Source: Candidatus Omnitrophota bacterium (GTDB lineage Bacteria > Ratteibacteria > UBA8468 > MWAK01). Taken from it: a stretch of 32,490 nt of DNA. A program made the translations under genes and the position numbers. The stretch spans positions 1 to 32,490 of the forward strand of contig JBDRQI010000013.1 in the NCBI GenBank assembly GCA_043826355.1. Direction: 5' to 3'. Positions within the stretch are counted from its first letter, which is position 1; every line of letters starts with the position of its first letter. Below the pieces are notes generated by a model, which saw only the letters and a list, made by a program, of their open reading frames with translations, ran no database searches and was not told where the DNA came from. Positions 1 to 10,134 of the stretch are shown one piece after another.

Positions 1-136
1 CTACAGATTTTAAGCCTCAGTCAATTCGAGAAAGAACCGCTCCAGTACTTGCTTTCGCAACAAGATTCCCAAATATCTGTAAACACTGATACTTCGAATC
101 AATTGCTATTATTCGATCCATAACCGGACAGCAGTG
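1..136 (+). mobile_element. 3' end of IS4-family transposase (1..123) plus right terminal inverted repeat
   Basis: Frame 1 reads LQILSLSQFEKEPLQYLLSQQDSQISVNTDTSNQLLLFDP* (TAA 121-123). This matches the LQILS..FEK..NQL.LF tail I recall for DUF4372-type IS4 transposases. It is followed by TAACCGGACAGCAGTG (121-136), which resembles that group's end. Not in the ORF track because it is 5'-truncated. Confidence 0.8.
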
Positions 137-152
137 ATTTAAGGTCAAAAAT

Positions 153-285
153 TCTGCGAAAACTAAAAGGATACCACGGAAGCACAGAAGAACCGAGACA
201 CGGAATAATGACTTCAGGGTAGGCGTTAAATCTTTTTTCGGTGCTTTCGCAGTTTTTCGTATTTCCGTGGCAGGGTTTTTGCGGT
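153..285. repeat. Long imperfect palindrome (REP/MITE-like) upstream of ribH
   Basis: CCACGGAA (174-181) pairs with TTCCGTGG (263-270). Flanking CTGCGAAAAC/GTTTTTGCGG and GAAGAAC/GTTTTTC extend the stem imperfectly. Confidence 0.5.
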
Positions 286-326
286 TAGTTTTTAACGAGA
301 TGCGCACGAAAGAACAGGGGGATAAT

Positions 327-791
327 ATGGCAAAGGAATTGATTGGAGTTCTGGACGGAAAAGGCAAGCGGATTGGAATAGTGGTCAGCCGCTTCAACGA
401 CCTGGTCACCAAAAAACTGCTGGAAGGCGCGTACGACTGCCTTCTGCGCCACGGCGTGAAGGAAACGGATATTACTACCGCGTGGGTGCCCGGTTCTTTT
501 GAAATTCCGCCGGTGGCAAAGAGGCTGGCGGTCAACGGAAAGTTGGATGCGGTCATCTGTCTGGGAACGATTATCCGGGGCGAAACTCCGCACTTCGATT
601 ATATCGCCGGTCAGTCAAGCAAAGGCATCGGCCAGCTCGCCCTGGAAAGCAAAATTCCGATAATCTACGGTGTGCTCACCTGTGATTCGGTGGACCAGGC
701 GCTTGACCGGGCCGGCACCAAGAGCGGCAACCGCGGTTGGCAGGCAGCGCTCACCGCGCTGGAAATGGCCAACCTCTATCTGGAGTTATAA
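327..791 (+). CDS. ribH: 6,7-dimethyl-8-ribityllumazine synthase
   Basis: Motifs IVVSRFN, VPGSFEIP, IRGETPHFDY, GVLT and RAGTKSGNRG. Start moved to ATG 327, after AGGGGGA; the ORF track starts at 267. Confidence 0.96.
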   Translation: MAKELIGVLDGKGKRIGIVVSRFNDLVTKKLLEGAYDCLLRHGVKETDITTAWVPGSFEIPPVAKRLAVNGKLDAVICLGTIIRGETPHFDYIAGQSSKGIGQLALESKIPIIYGVLTCDSVDQALDRAGTKSGNRGWQAALTALEMANLYLEL

Positions 792-808
792 AAAAATAAA
801 CCCCCTAA

Positions 809-2674
809 ATGTGCGGTATTGTCGGTCGCATTGAAAAGTCCGGACGGGAAACAGACCCGCAGATTTTGCGCCGGATGGCAGATGTCCTGCGCCACCGCGG
901 ACCGGATGAAGAGGGTTATTATCGCAAAAACGGTGTCGGCCTGGAGCACCGGCGTCTTTCCATAATCGACCTTGCCACCGGAAGACAGCCCTTGAAGAAC
1001 GAAACCGGAGATGTAATCCTGGTCGCAAACGGTGAAATTTACAACTTTGAAGAACTGCGAAAAAAACTGGAAAAAAAAGGACACTGTTTCCGCACCAAAT
1101 CGGATAATGAGGTAATAGTCCATCTTTATGAAGAAGAAGGGGCGGCGTGTCTTAAAGAACTGCGGGGAATGTTCGCCTTCGGCCTCTGGAACGAAAAGAA
1201 AGAAGAACTCCTTCTGGCCCGGGACCGAATGGGCAAAAAACCTTTGATTTACGCTGAAACCCCGTTCTCATTTAATTTCGCCTCGGAAATTCAGGCGCTT
1301 CTGCTCGCGCCGGATATCAAAAAAGAGATTAATCAGCAGGCAATAGACGATTACCTCACCTTCCAGTATATTCCGTCGCCCCGCTCCATATTTTCCGGTA
1401 TCAAGAAATTGCCGGCCGGACATTATCTTACCTACCAAAAAGGACAAATTTCTCTGGAACGCTACTGGGAAATAGACTTTAACCATAAGATTGAAGTATC
1501 GGAATCAGAAGCAGGCCGACTTGTTCTGGATACCCTTCAGGAAGCGGTGCGGCTCAGGATGGTAAGCGACGTACCCCTGGGCGCCTTCCTTTCCGGAGGG
1601 ATAGACTCCAGCGCAATAGTCGGCCTGATGAGCCGCGTTTCGGAAAGACCGGTCCGGACCTTTTCCATTGGGTTTTCCGAAAAGGATTACGACGAATTAA
1701 AGTATGCGGGAAAGGTCGCGCGGTTATTCGAAACCGAACATTCCGAATTTATGGTCCGGCCGGATATCATCGCCATTCTGCCGGAAATAGTTAAGCATTA
1801 CAACGAACCGTTCGGGGACAACTCCGCCATTCCCACCTATTACCTTTGTGCGGAAACAAAAAAGATGGTCACGGTCGCGCTCTCCGGAGACGGCGGCGAC
1901 GAAAACTTCGCCGGATATCCGCGATATCGGCAGGCGCTGATGCTGGAAAAATTCCGACCGCTTCTTTCCCGAATTCCAAAATCGTTCGCTAAAATTATCC
2001 CGCGGAACGGTTCCAACTGGCGGCGTAAAATGGCCTGGACCTTAAATGAGGCGCACGGCCTGTCCGAAGCGGAACGCTACAGCCGCTGGATGACCGTCTT
2101 TCCCTTATCGGAAAAAGAAGCGCTCTACCAACCGTCATTCAAAAACCTTCTCTCCGCAGACCCTTACCAAAAACTGAAAGACCTCTGGCTCCGGGCAGAT
2201 AATCGTCTGGATAGATTACTCTTCTCCGATTTCAACCTTTACCTGCCTGACTGTCTCCAGGTAAAGATGGACATCGCCTCGATGTCGCACGGCCTGGAAG
2301 TGCGCAGTCCTTTCCTGGACCAGCGAGTGGTGGAGTTAACCGCCGCTCTTCCGGCCCAATACAAAATACGTTCCGGCCAGTCCAAATATCTATTGAAGAA
2401 AATCTTTAAAGATACCCTCCCGGCGGAAATCCTGAAACGAAAGAAAATGGGCTTCGGGATTCCGCTGACGGCCTGGTTTCGGAATGAACTAAAAGAGTAT
2501 CTTGCCTCCGTAATTCTAAGCAAAAAAGCCCTGAGGCGCGGCTATTTTAATCCCGGCTATTTAAAAAAACTCTTCAATGAACACACCGGCGGGCGGGCAG
2601 ACCACGCCAATCAGCTCTACCTCCTGCTGATTTTAGAAATATGGCACCAGACTTTTATTGACATAAACCTCTGA
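809..2674 (+). CDS. asnB: Asparagine synthase (glutamine-hydrolysing)-family amidotransferase, probably glycan-modifying
   Basis: N-terminal MCGI nucleophile, HRGPD, RLSIIDL, NGEIYN, LSGGIDSS, LSGDGGDE, EVRSPFLD, KMGF. Lies inside a glycan locus. Confidence 0.93.
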   Translation: MCGIVGRIEKSGRETDPQILRRMADVLRHRGPDEEGYYRKNGVGLEHRRLSIIDLATGRQPLKNETGDVILVANGEIYNFEELRKKLEKKGHCFRTKSDNEVIVHLYEEEGAACLKELRGMFAFGLWNEKKEELLLARDRMGKKPLIYAETPFSFNFASEIQALLLAPDIKKEINQQAIDDYLTFQYIPSPRSIFSGIKKLPAGHYLTYQKGQISLERYWEIDFNHKIEVSESEAGRLVLDTLQEAVRLRMVSDVPLGAFLSGGIDSSAIVGLMSRVSERPVRTFSIGFSEKDYDELKYAGKVARLFETEHSEFMVRPDIIAILPEIVKHYNEPFGDNSAIPTYYLCAETKKMVTVALSGDGGDENFAGYPRYRQALMLEKFRPLLSRIPKSFAKIIPRNGSNWRRKMAWTLNEAHGLSEAERYSRWMTVFPLSEKEALYQPSFKNLLSADPYQKLKDLWLRADNRLDRLLFSDFNLYLPDCLQVKMDIASMSHGLEVRSPFLDQRVVELTAALPAQYKIRSGQSKYLLKKIFKDTLPAEILKRKKMGFGIPLTAWFRNELKEYLASVILSKKALRRGYFNPGYLKKLFNEHTGGRADHANQLYLLLILEIWHQTFIDINL

Positions 2675-3397
2675 ATGGATACCTTAATTTTAGCGTATCA
2701 CCGGGTAAACGACTGGTCGGCAGATACCCTGACAGTCCATCCGGCAGTTTTCCGGAAACAGTTAAATTACCTCGCGGCAAGATACCGGTTCGTTCCCCTG
2801 TCGGAACTGGTAACGGCACGAATAAAGGGATTGAAACTCAAAGAACGGCTGGCCGCCATCACTTTTGATGATGGTTATTTTGATAATTTTCACTGCGCCT
2901 GCCCCATCCTCAAGGAGTTCGCTTTTACCGCCACTTTTTTTCTCACCACCGGGTATATCGGAACAAGCAAGCTCCTGCCTCGGGATAAAAAGCGCGGAAA
3001 CGCCGAAAAAGACCGGCTTCTTAACTGGCCGGAAGCGTCAGAAATGAAAAAAGCGGGCTTTACCTTCGGCTCTCATTCCCTGACCCACGCCAACCTGACA
3101 TCCATTGACCCGGAACAGGCCCGGAAAGAGATTACCGAATCGAAAAAAATTCTGGAAACACAACTGCAGGAACCAGCCAATCTCTTCTGTTATCCCTTCG
3201 GCTCCTATTCCCCTGAGGTTAAAAAAATGGTGGCGGATGCAGGCTACCAGGCCGCCTTCGTTACTCCGCCGGTAAGCGGCGCGGGTCTGCCCCTGAAACA
3301 CCGGATTACGCAAGACTGTTACTCCTTAAAACGGGCTGGCGTTTATCATCACACCGCTTTCTGGCAATTTCGGCTCAAAACATCCGGTTGGCTTTAA
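2675..3397 (+). CDS. Polysaccharide deacetylase (CE4/NodB)
   Basis: LAYHRV, ITFDDGY, GSHSLTH, FCYPFG. Confidence 0.9.
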   Translation: MDTLILAYHRVNDWSADTLTVHPAVFRKQLNYLAARYRFVPLSELVTARIKGLKLKERLAAITFDDGYFDNFHCACPILKEFAFTATFFLTTGYIGTSKLLPRDKKRGNAEKDRLLNWPEASEMKKAGFTFGSHSLTHANLTSIDPEQARKEITESKKILETQLQEPANLFCYPFGSYSPEVKKMVADAGYQAAFVTPPVSGAGLPLKHRITQDCYSLKRAGVYHHTAFWQFRLKTSGWL

Positions 3398-3407
3398 TTA
3401 AAACCGG

Positions 3408-3437
3408 TTGCCAGAAGACCTCTGGCTGGGCTATACT
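3408..3437 (+). promoter_or_regulatory. Sigma70-type promoter for rfbF
   Basis: TTGCCA-N18-TATACT, with GGAGG at 3451-3455. A GCCAGA/TCTGGC inverted repeat overlaps the -35 and spacer. Confidence 0.5.
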
Positions 3438-3462
3438 TTAATAGGAACACGGAGGTGTTAAT

Positions 3463-4245
3463 ATGAAAGTTGTAATCCTGTGCGGCGGAAGAGGCACCCG
3501 GCTGAAAGAAGAAACGGAATTCAGGCCAAAACCCCTGGTGGAGGTAGGCGGTAGACCAATTCTCTGGCATATCATGAAAATCTACGCCCATTATGGTTTC
3601 AATGACTTTATCCTGTGCCTCGGGTATAAGGGAGAGATGATTCGGGAATATTTTCTCAATTATGAAATAAGGAATGTTGATTTTACTCTCCAGTTGGGAA
3701 AGAGCAAAGTAAAGGTCTACAACAAATCCCGGGAAGAAAACTGGAGAATAACTTTTGTGGATACCGGAGAAAGAGCGCAGACCGGAACAAGGGTTAAGCG
3801 GATTGAAAGATACATTGACAGCGACACTTTTATGCTTACCTATGGCGACGGGGTGGCTGACGTTAAAATTGACGATATCATCAAATACCACCAAAAACAG
3901 GGCAAAATCGGAACCATAACCGGCGTCCACCCGCCCTCAAGATTCGGAGAGCTTCTGCTTGACGACAGTCGGATAGTAAAATTTAACGAAAAACCCCAGG
4001 TTAAAAAAGGTTTTATCAACGGCGGTTTCTTTGTTTTTCAAAAAAAATTCTTCCGGTACCTGAAAGACGATGACGATTGTTACCTGGAAAGAGAACCTTT
4101 GGAAAAATTAGTTACCGACCGGCAACTTTCGGCATATCGGCATAACGGGTTCTGGCAGTGCATGGATACCCAGCGGGAACTTGATATTTTAAACCAACTC
4201 TGGGCAACCGATAAAGCTCCCTGGAAGGTCTGGGCGCAAGAATGA
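3463..4245 (+). CDS. rfbF: Glucose-1-phosphate cytidylyltransferase
   Basis: ILCGGRGTRL, PKPLVEVG, ILWHIMK, LTYGDGV, INGGFF, FWQCMDT, APWKVW. Confidence 0.93.
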   Translation: MKVVILCGGRGTRLKEETEFRPKPLVEVGGRPILWHIMKIYAHYGFNDFILCLGYKGEMIREYFLNYEIRNVDFTLQLGKSKVKVYNKSREENWRITFVDTGERAQTGTRVKRIERYIDSDTFMLTYGDGVADVKIDDIIKYHQKQGKIGTITGVHPPSRFGELLLDDSRIVKFNEKPQVKKGFINGGFFVFQKKFFRYLKDDDDCYLEREPLEKLVTDRQLSAYRHNGFWQCMDTQRELDILNQLWATDKAPWKVWAQE

Positions 4246-5234
4246 ATACAGCATCCCGTAGTTTCTGGAAAAATAGAAAAGTTCTGGTAACCGGGTATGA
4301 AGGTTTTCTCGGTTCTCATTTAACTAAAACCCTTATTGATGCAGGCGCCAAAATAATTGGACTGGATATAAAAATCAGACGAAAGGAAACAATTCTGGTT
4401 AAACAGGATTTTGCGAAAATTACCATAATAAAAGGAAACGTCGTTAACTATAAACTTATCTGCGATATACTAAAACGTCATAAAATAAGTATAATTTTTC
4501 ATCTTGCCGCCGAGGCAATCGTGGGCAGGTCACAGAAGAACCCCCTTAAAACTTTTGAAACAAATATCAAGGGAACCTGGAATATTTTAGAATCGAGCCG
4601 CCGGGCAAAAAGTATTGAAGCTATTGTTATTGCTTCCAGCGATAAGGCATACGGCAGTCATAAAAAACTTCCCTACCGGGAAGATGCACCGTTAATTGCA
4701 AACCACCCTTACGATGTTTCTAAAAGTTGTGCTGATTTATTAACAAATACATATTTTCATACCTATGGTTTGCCTGTAGCGATTACGCGTTGCGGAAACA
4801 TCTATGGCCCCGGGGATTTTAATTTTAGCCGTCTTATACCTGACGCCATGAGAAGTTTAGTCATAAATAAAACATTAATGATACGTAGTGATGGAACATT
4901 TGTCCGTGATTATGTTTATGTTGATGATATTATAACTGGTTATATTAAAATAGCGGAACTTATGAAAAAGAACAGCCTTTCAGGCGAAGCTTTTAACCTA
5001 AGTAATGAAAAGCCAATAACTGTTATCAAGTTGTTGAAGGAAATTAATAAATTGAATCTTTGTGGTAACGAATTAAAGCATAAGATTATGAATACAGCTA
5101 AATATGAAATAAAAGGACAGTATCTTTCTGCGGCAAAAGCCTGGCGTGTCCTGGACTGGAAACCCAGATATAGCCTGGAGAAAGGCCTTAGGAAAACGAC
5201 TGAATGGTATGCGGAATATTTCAATAAGCAATAA
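4242..5234 (+). CDS. rfbG: NDP-hexose 4,6-dehydratase, CDP-glucose 4,6-dehydratase-like
   Basis: FWKNRKVLVTGYEGFLG, HLAA, SSDKAYG, YDVSK, GNIYGPGD, RLIPD. Overlaps the rfbF stop. Substrate is inferred from context. Confidence 0.65.
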   Translation: MNTASRSFWKNRKVLVTGYEGFLGSHLTKTLIDAGAKIIGLDIKIRRKETILVKQDFAKITIIKGNVVNYKLICDILKRHKISIIFHLAAEAIVGRSQKNPLKTFETNIKGTWNILESSRRAKSIEAIVIASSDKAYGSHKKLPYREDAPLIANHPYDVSKSCADLLTNTYFHTYGLPVAITRCGNIYGPGDFNFSRLIPDAMRSLVINKTLMIRSDGTFVRDYVYVDDIITGYIKIAELMKKNSLSGEAFNLSNEKPITVIKLLKEINKLNLCGNELKHKIMNTAKYEIKGQYLSAAKAWRVLDWKPRYSLEKGLRKTTEWYAEYFNKQ

Positions 5235-5342
5235 AGTTGCATTTTCCGGGAGCAAACAGGTGGTTTGATAGAATGCTGGCTTAAAAAAACGCAAAAAATA
5301 TATTCGGGGCCAAAGGTTGGTTGAGTAGTGTAATACAGAGAT

Positions 5343-6233
5343 ATGAATAGAATAAAAGTAGGAATTATCGGTACAGGTAATATTGGCACAGACCTGTTAT
5401 TTAAGATTCAAAGATCCGAGATTTTGGAATGTGGTATTTTTACCGGAAGGAACCCGGATTCAGACGGCATTATGAGGGCTCAAGCATTGGGGGTCAATAC
5501 TTCTACGGATTCGATAACAGCCATCCAGAATGATCCTGCGTGCTGTGATATAGTTTTTGATGCTACTTCTGCCGGCGTGCACCAGCAAAATGCACCTATT
5601 CTCAAAAAATTAAACAAATACACCATTGATCTGACGCCCTCTAAGATCGGAAAAATGTGCGTTCCTGCCATAAATATGAAAGACTGCCTGGGCGCGGATA
5701 ATATTAACCTTATAACCTGCGGGGGGCAAGCCGCAATCCCGATTATTGATGTGATGATGAAGGTCCACCCAGATACGGAGTATGTGGAATTGGTGTCCAG
5801 TATTTCTTCAAAATCAGCGGGTTTGGGAACCCGGCTCAATATTGATGAGTTTACGCAGACTACTCGGGATGCGATCGAGGAATTTACCAAAGTTAAAAAG
5901 GCCAAAGTAATTATTGTATTGAATCCGGCAGAGCCACCAGTATTGATGCATAATACTATTTATGCCAAAATCAAGAAACCAAATTTAAAAGAATTAAAGA
6001 AAAAAATTACTGCGATGTCCAGGATAATTCAGAGTTATGTCCCCGGCTATAGAATTACTCTGGGCCCGGTGGTAGAAAATGACCGGGTTACAACAATGAT
6101 TGAAGTCGTTGGACGGGGTGATTATTTACCTAAGTACTCCGGCAATTTGGATATCATTACTTGTGCGGCCGTGAACATGGCTGAGGCATACGCCAAGCGC
6201 AAGTTACGGCTCAGCATGGGGGAAAAATCATGA
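5343..6233 (+). CDS. dmpF: Acetaldehyde dehydrogenase (acylating), DmpF/MhpF family
   Basis: GIIGTGNIGTDL, VFDATSA, IDLTPS, NLITCGGQA (catalytic Cys), SAGLGTRLNIDEF, GDYLPKYSGNLDI. Confidence 0.92.
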   Translation: MNRIKVGIIGTGNIGTDLLFKIQRSEILECGIFTGRNPDSDGIMRAQALGVNTSTDSITAIQNDPACCDIVFDATSAGVHQQNAPILKKLNKYTIDLTPSKIGKMCVPAINMKDCLGADNINLITCGGQAAIPIIDVMMKVHPDTEYVELVSSISSKSAGLGTRLNIDEFTQTTRDAIEEFTKVKKAKVIIVLNPAEPPVLMHNTIYAKIKKPNLKELKKKITAMSRIIQSYVPGYRITLGPVVENDRVTTMIEVVGRGDYLPKYSGNLDIITCAAVNMAEAYAKRKLRLSMGEKS

Positions 6234-7273
6234 GCCAGGTACTTTTCTTTGATTCTACCTTACGCGACGGTTCGCACGCTGTGGGTCATCAATTAAGCGT
6301 TACGAATATCAAAAATTACTGCAGCCAAATAGACGCTGCCGGCTTATACAGCATCATTGTTGGACATGGCAACGGATTGGGTGCTTCATCATTACAGGTC
6401 GGCTTGTCAGCGGTTTCGGATGCAGAAATGCTCAAAACTGCCCGTAAATCGCTCAAAAAAACTAAATTGGGGGCATTTTTAATTCCCGGATTTGGAACGA
6501 TAAAAAATGATATCCAGCCGGCTATTGATATCGGAGTGGATGTATTTTGTGTTGCTGTCCATTGTACCGAAGCGAATGTTGCAAAACAACATATCGAATT
6601 CTTGAATAAAAAAAATAAAGAAGCTTATGGCATATTAATGATGTACCATATGACGACTAAAGAGAAGCTGCTCCAGGAAGCTTTGAAAATGCAAAGCTAT
6701 GGAGCCAAGGGCGTTATTCTTATGGATTCCGCAGGCGCCTCGACTCCGGAAATGGTTTCCGAAACTGTTCGCTATCTTGCTCAAAGTATAGATACCAAAT
6801 TGGGGTTTCATGCCCACAATAACCTGGGATTAGCAATTTCAAATTCGCTTATTGCCATCCAAAACGGAGCATTAATTATTGATAGCACATTACGCGGGTT
6901 TGGAGCGGGGGCGGGAAATTGCCAAACGGAGGTGTTGGTTGGATTATTATTGAAAATGGGCATTTCGACCGAATTGGATCTTTACCGGATGATGGATGTC
7001 AGCGAAAATATTGTTTCCAACTTAATGAAAACACCGCAGGAAATTTCTTCTGTTTCTTTGATGAGCGGGATTGCCGGCGTCTTTTCCGGTTTCGCCAATC
7101 ATGTGAAAAAAGCAGCGGAAAGATTTAAGGTTGACCCCAGGGATATTTTTATCGAGTTAGGAAGGCGTAAGATGGTGGCGGGCCAGGAAGATTTTATCGT
7201 GGATGTGGCAATCTATCTGGCAAGCAGAAAAGGAGCGGAAAAAGAGAGTTACGACATTGAGTCTTTGCTTTAG
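6230..7273 (+). CDS. dmpG: 4-hydroxy-2-oxovalerate aldolase, DmpG/MhpE family
   Basis: DSTLRDGSH, HGNGLGASS, HCTEA, DSAG, GFHAHNNLG, GAGAGN, GQED. ATGA-coupled to dmpF. Confidence 0.92.
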   Translation: MSQVLFFDSTLRDGSHAVGHQLSVTNIKNYCSQIDAAGLYSIIVGHGNGLGASSLQVGLSAVSDAEMLKTARKSLKKTKLGAFLIPGFGTIKNDIQPAIDIGVDVFCVAVHCTEANVAKQHIEFLNKKNKEAYGILMMYHMTTKEKLLQEALKMQSYGAKGVILMDSAGASTPEMVSETVRYLAQSIDTKLGFHAHNNLGLAISNSLIAIQNGALIIDSTLRGFGAGAGNCQTEVLVGLLLKMGISTELDLYRMMDVSENIVSNLMKTPQEISSVSLMSGIAGVFSGFANHVKKAAERFKVDPRDIFIELGRRKMVAGQEDFIVDVAIYLASRKGAEKESYDIESLL

Positions 7274-7285
7274 GGGGGTAACAGT

Positions 7286-9079
7286 ATGAGAATTGCCGAT
7301 TTTATTTTTAAGTTTCTGTCTGACCGAGGGACAAATACAATATATATGATTTCCGGCGGACAATCAATGTTTCTGGTGGATGCGGTCTACCAGAATAAAA
7401 AACTTAAAACAATATGTATGCATCATGAGCAGTCAGCGGGCATGTCCGCAGATGCTTACGGCAGGTTAACCGGAAAACTCGGAGTAGCTTTAGTTACTGC
7501 CGGACCGGGAGCAGTAAACATTATTAACGGGGTTGTTGGCGGGTGGACTGATTCTGCTCCGATGATGGTTGTCTCCGGGCAATCCGGGCTATCTTATGTA
7601 CAGTATCAGCAGGAACATCCTATCCGGCAATTCGGTATACAGGGAATTAACATTAAGCCTTTGGTGGAGAAAGTAACTAAATACTTTGTTTCCGTAGATG
7701 ACCCGGCAAAAATTCTTTATTGTATGGGTAAAGCCTATTATCTGGCTATGAACGGACGACCCGGACCGGTGTGGATTGATGTGCCTCTGGACGTGCAAAA
7801 AATGGAGGTGCCCACCGGTTTGTTGGAGGAGTTCAGACCTCCGTTAGAAAAAACAAACATATCGGCTTTGAAAGAAGAAACAGAGCAGGTGTTGGAAATG
7901 TTAGCGAAGGCCAGCCGACCCATTATTCTGGCGGGTCAGGGGGTAAGACTGGCTAATGCCGTTGGTGAATTTACGGATGTGGTTGATCGTCTAAAGATTC
8001 CCGTCTTAACTTCACGGTTGGGAATTGATCTGATAAACAGCGATAATGCATTATATGTCGGCCGGCCGGGAAATTACGGCGAAAGATCTGCTAATTTTGC
8101 GATTCAGAATTCAGATTTAATTATTTCTATTGGCTGCCGTTTAGCCTCGGCATTGGTGGGGCATGACCCTAATAATTTTGGCAAAAACGCAAAAAAAATA
8201 GTCATCGATATCGATGAAGAGGAATTAAAAAAACCTGGGGTAAAGATCGACCTAAAGATTAAAAATGATGTTAAAAGGTTGCTGGTACAGATTTTAAAGT
8301 CAACCGATAAAATAAAACTTCCCAAATTTACTTCCTGGATTAATCAGTGTAATCACTGGAAAAGAACTTATCCGGTAATTTTAGATACCTACCAGAATGA
8401 GAATCCGGTTAATTCATATTACTTTACGGATAAACTTTCTGATTATGCAACTAAAGATGATGTGATTATCGTAGATACCGGTACGTGTTTTCATGTTGCC
8501 TGCCAGGTCTGGAAGATAAAGGAAGGCCAGAGATTTCTTACTACCGGCGGATTGTCTTCCATGGGCTACTGGGTGGCTTCCATCGGTGGATGTGTTGCTA
8601 ATAATCGTAGGCGTACGGTAGTGATTACCGGAGACGGCAGCCTGCAGATGAATATCCAGGAATTAGCTACCATAAAACATAATAATTTACCGATTAAAAT
8701 TATTATCTTTAATAACAACGGCTACCTGCTTATCCGGCATACTCAGAAGAATTTCATGCAAGGCAGATTGTTGGGCGAGAGTCCTGATACCGGGGTGTGG
8801 TGCCCGGATTCATTGAAAATTGCCCGCGCTTACGGGATAAAAGGGATAAGGATCAATAAAGTGTCAGAAGTTAAGCCTAAAATAAAAGAAGTTATGGAGT
8901 ATGACGGACCGGTCATTTGTGACGTAATGACACCGAAATGGCAGCTGATTATACCCAGGATCTCTTCGGAAAGAATGCCTGACGGCACCTTAGTAGCCAA
9001 GCCTTACGAAGATATGTATCCATTTCTGGAAAGAAAAGAGTTTATCTCAAACATGCTTGTGAAACCGGCAGAGGAATAA
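7286..9079 (+). CDS. ThDP-dependent acetolactate-synthase-like enzyme (YerE-like branched-sugar C-C ligase candidate)
   Basis: HHEQSA, TAGPG, GRPGPVWIDVPLD, GDGSLQMNIQEL...NN ThDP motif. No ilvN/ilvC nearby; context is CDP-sugar genes. Confidence 0.85.
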   Translation: MRIADFIFKFLSDRGTNTIYMISGGQSMFLVDAVYQNKKLKTICMHHEQSAGMSADAYGRLTGKLGVALVTAGPGAVNIINGVVGGWTDSAPMMVVSGQSGLSYVQYQQEHPIRQFGIQGINIKPLVEKVTKYFVSVDDPAKILYCMGKAYYLAMNGRPGPVWIDVPLDVQKMEVPTGLLEEFRPPLEKTNISALKEETEQVLEMLAKASRPIILAGQGVRLANAVGEFTDVVDRLKIPVLTSRLGIDLINSDNALYVGRPGNYGERSANFAIQNSDLIISIGCRLASALVGHDPNNFGKNAKKIVIDIDEEELKKPGVKIDLKIKNDVKRLLVQILKSTDKIKLPKFTSWINQCNHWKRTYPVILDTYQNENPVNSYYFTDKLSDYATKDDVIIVDTGTCFHVACQVWKIKEGQRFLTTGGLSSMGYWVASIGGCVANNRRRTVVITGDGSLQMNIQELATIKHNNLPIKIIIFNNNGYLLIRHTQKNFMQGRLLGESPDTGVWCPDSLKIARAYGIKGIRINKVSEVKPKIKEVMEYDGPVICDVMTPKWQLIIPRISSERMPDGTLVAKPYEDMYPFLERKEFISNMLVKPAEE

Positions 9080-10134
9080 TGCATCCTATCGTAAAAGAAG
9101 ATTTGGAATATATTACTTCGGCCAAAATCCCCTGGGATGATTTAGAGGGCAAAAATATCCTTATTACGGGAGCCAATGGTTTCTTGCCCGCTTATATGAT
9201 TGAGACCATTCTGTTCTTGAATGACCATAGATTTAAGAAAAATAAGGCTAAGGTTTTTGCTCTGGCGCGTAATAAAGAAAGGGTGTTTTCCAGGTTCTCT
9301 TGCCACGGGAGGAGAAAAGACCTGACTTATATCATCCGGGATGTATGCTCCCCGCTAAAAATTTCCAAAAAGATAGATTTTATTATTCAGGCAGCCAGCC
9401 AGGCAAGCCCTAAGTTTTACGGAGTTGATCCGGTCGGGACCATTTTAGCAAATACCGTCGGCACGGCAAACCTCCTTACTTTAGCCGTAAAACATAAAAG
9501 CGAGGGGTTTATGTTCTTTAGCAGCGGAGAAGTATACGGAGAAGTGGGCCCTGATCAGATACCGGTTAAGGAAGATTCCTACGGTTTAGTGGATCCCACC
9601 CTTATCCGTTCCTGTTATGCCGAAGGTAAACGTGCCGGAGAAAACATGTGCGTTTCCTGGTGCCACCAGTATGGGGTGCCGGTGAAAATTATCCGACCTT
9701 TCCATACCTATGGGCCGGGAATGCGCCTTGATGACGGAAGGGTGTTTGCTGATTTTGTTTCCGATGTTGTAAATGGAAGAGACATAATAATGAAAAGCGA
9801 CGGCAGCGCAGTCAGGGCATTTTGTTATCTGGCTGATGCCGTCACCGGTTTTTTTACGGTTCTTTTGAAAGGCGGTTCCGCCCAGGCTTACAACGTCGGA
9901 AATGATGAAGGCAAAATCAGCATAGCGGAGCTTGCTAAAATATTAGTTGATATCTTACCGAATAAACATTTAAAGATTATCCGGAAGGAGAATGAATACG
10001 TCCCGGGGTATCTAAAAAGTAAGACATCGGTAAGTGTGCCGGATACCAGCAAAATTCGACAATTAGGCTGGCGGCCGTTTTATTCCGTAAAAGAAGGTTT
10101 TAGCCGGACGGTAAGGAGCTTTAAAAGTGAATAA
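9079..10134 (+). CDS. NAD-dependent epimerase/dehydratase (extended SDR)
   Basis: ITGANGFL, ASPKFY, SSGEVYG, RSCYAEGKR (YxxxK), RPFHTYGP. Confidence 0.88.
   Translation: MHPIVKEDLEYITSAKIPWDDLEGKNILITGANGFLPAYMIETILFLNDHRFKKNKAKVFALARNKERVFSRFSCHGRRKDLTYIIRDVCSPLKISKKIDFIIQAASQASPKFYGVDPVGTILANTVGTANLLTLAVKHKSEGFMFFSSGEVYGEVGPDQIPVKEDSYGLVDPTLIRSCYAEGKRAGENMCVSWCHQYGVPVKIIRPFHTYGPGMRLDDGRVFADFVSDVVNGRDIIMKSDGSAVRAFCYLADAVTGFFTVLLKGGSAQAYNVGNDEGKISIAELAKILVDILPNKHLKIIRKENEYVPGYLKSKTSVSVPDTSKIRQLGWRPFYSVKEGFSRTVRSFKSE

Noticed and set aside
212..250. FMN riboswitch upstream of ribH (CTTCAGGGTAGGCGTTAAATC resembles the RFN 5' end)
   Set aside because: The remaining conserved RFN blocks (ACCGGCGGT, AGTCCG, CTGGATGGGAGAAG) are absent. 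An Rfam RF00050 scan would settle it.
267..326. ORF-track extended starts (ribH 267; also tgt 19118, lsrF 22856, SDR 24473, GH1 30116)
   Set aside because: Downstream starts fit the family N-termini and/or RBS better; two of the extensions just translate palindromic repeats.
5343..9079. Aromatic meta-cleavage operon or ilvB
   Set aside because: No dioxygenase, hydrolase or hydratase and no ilvN/ilvC are present; the genes are embedded among CDP-sugar genes.
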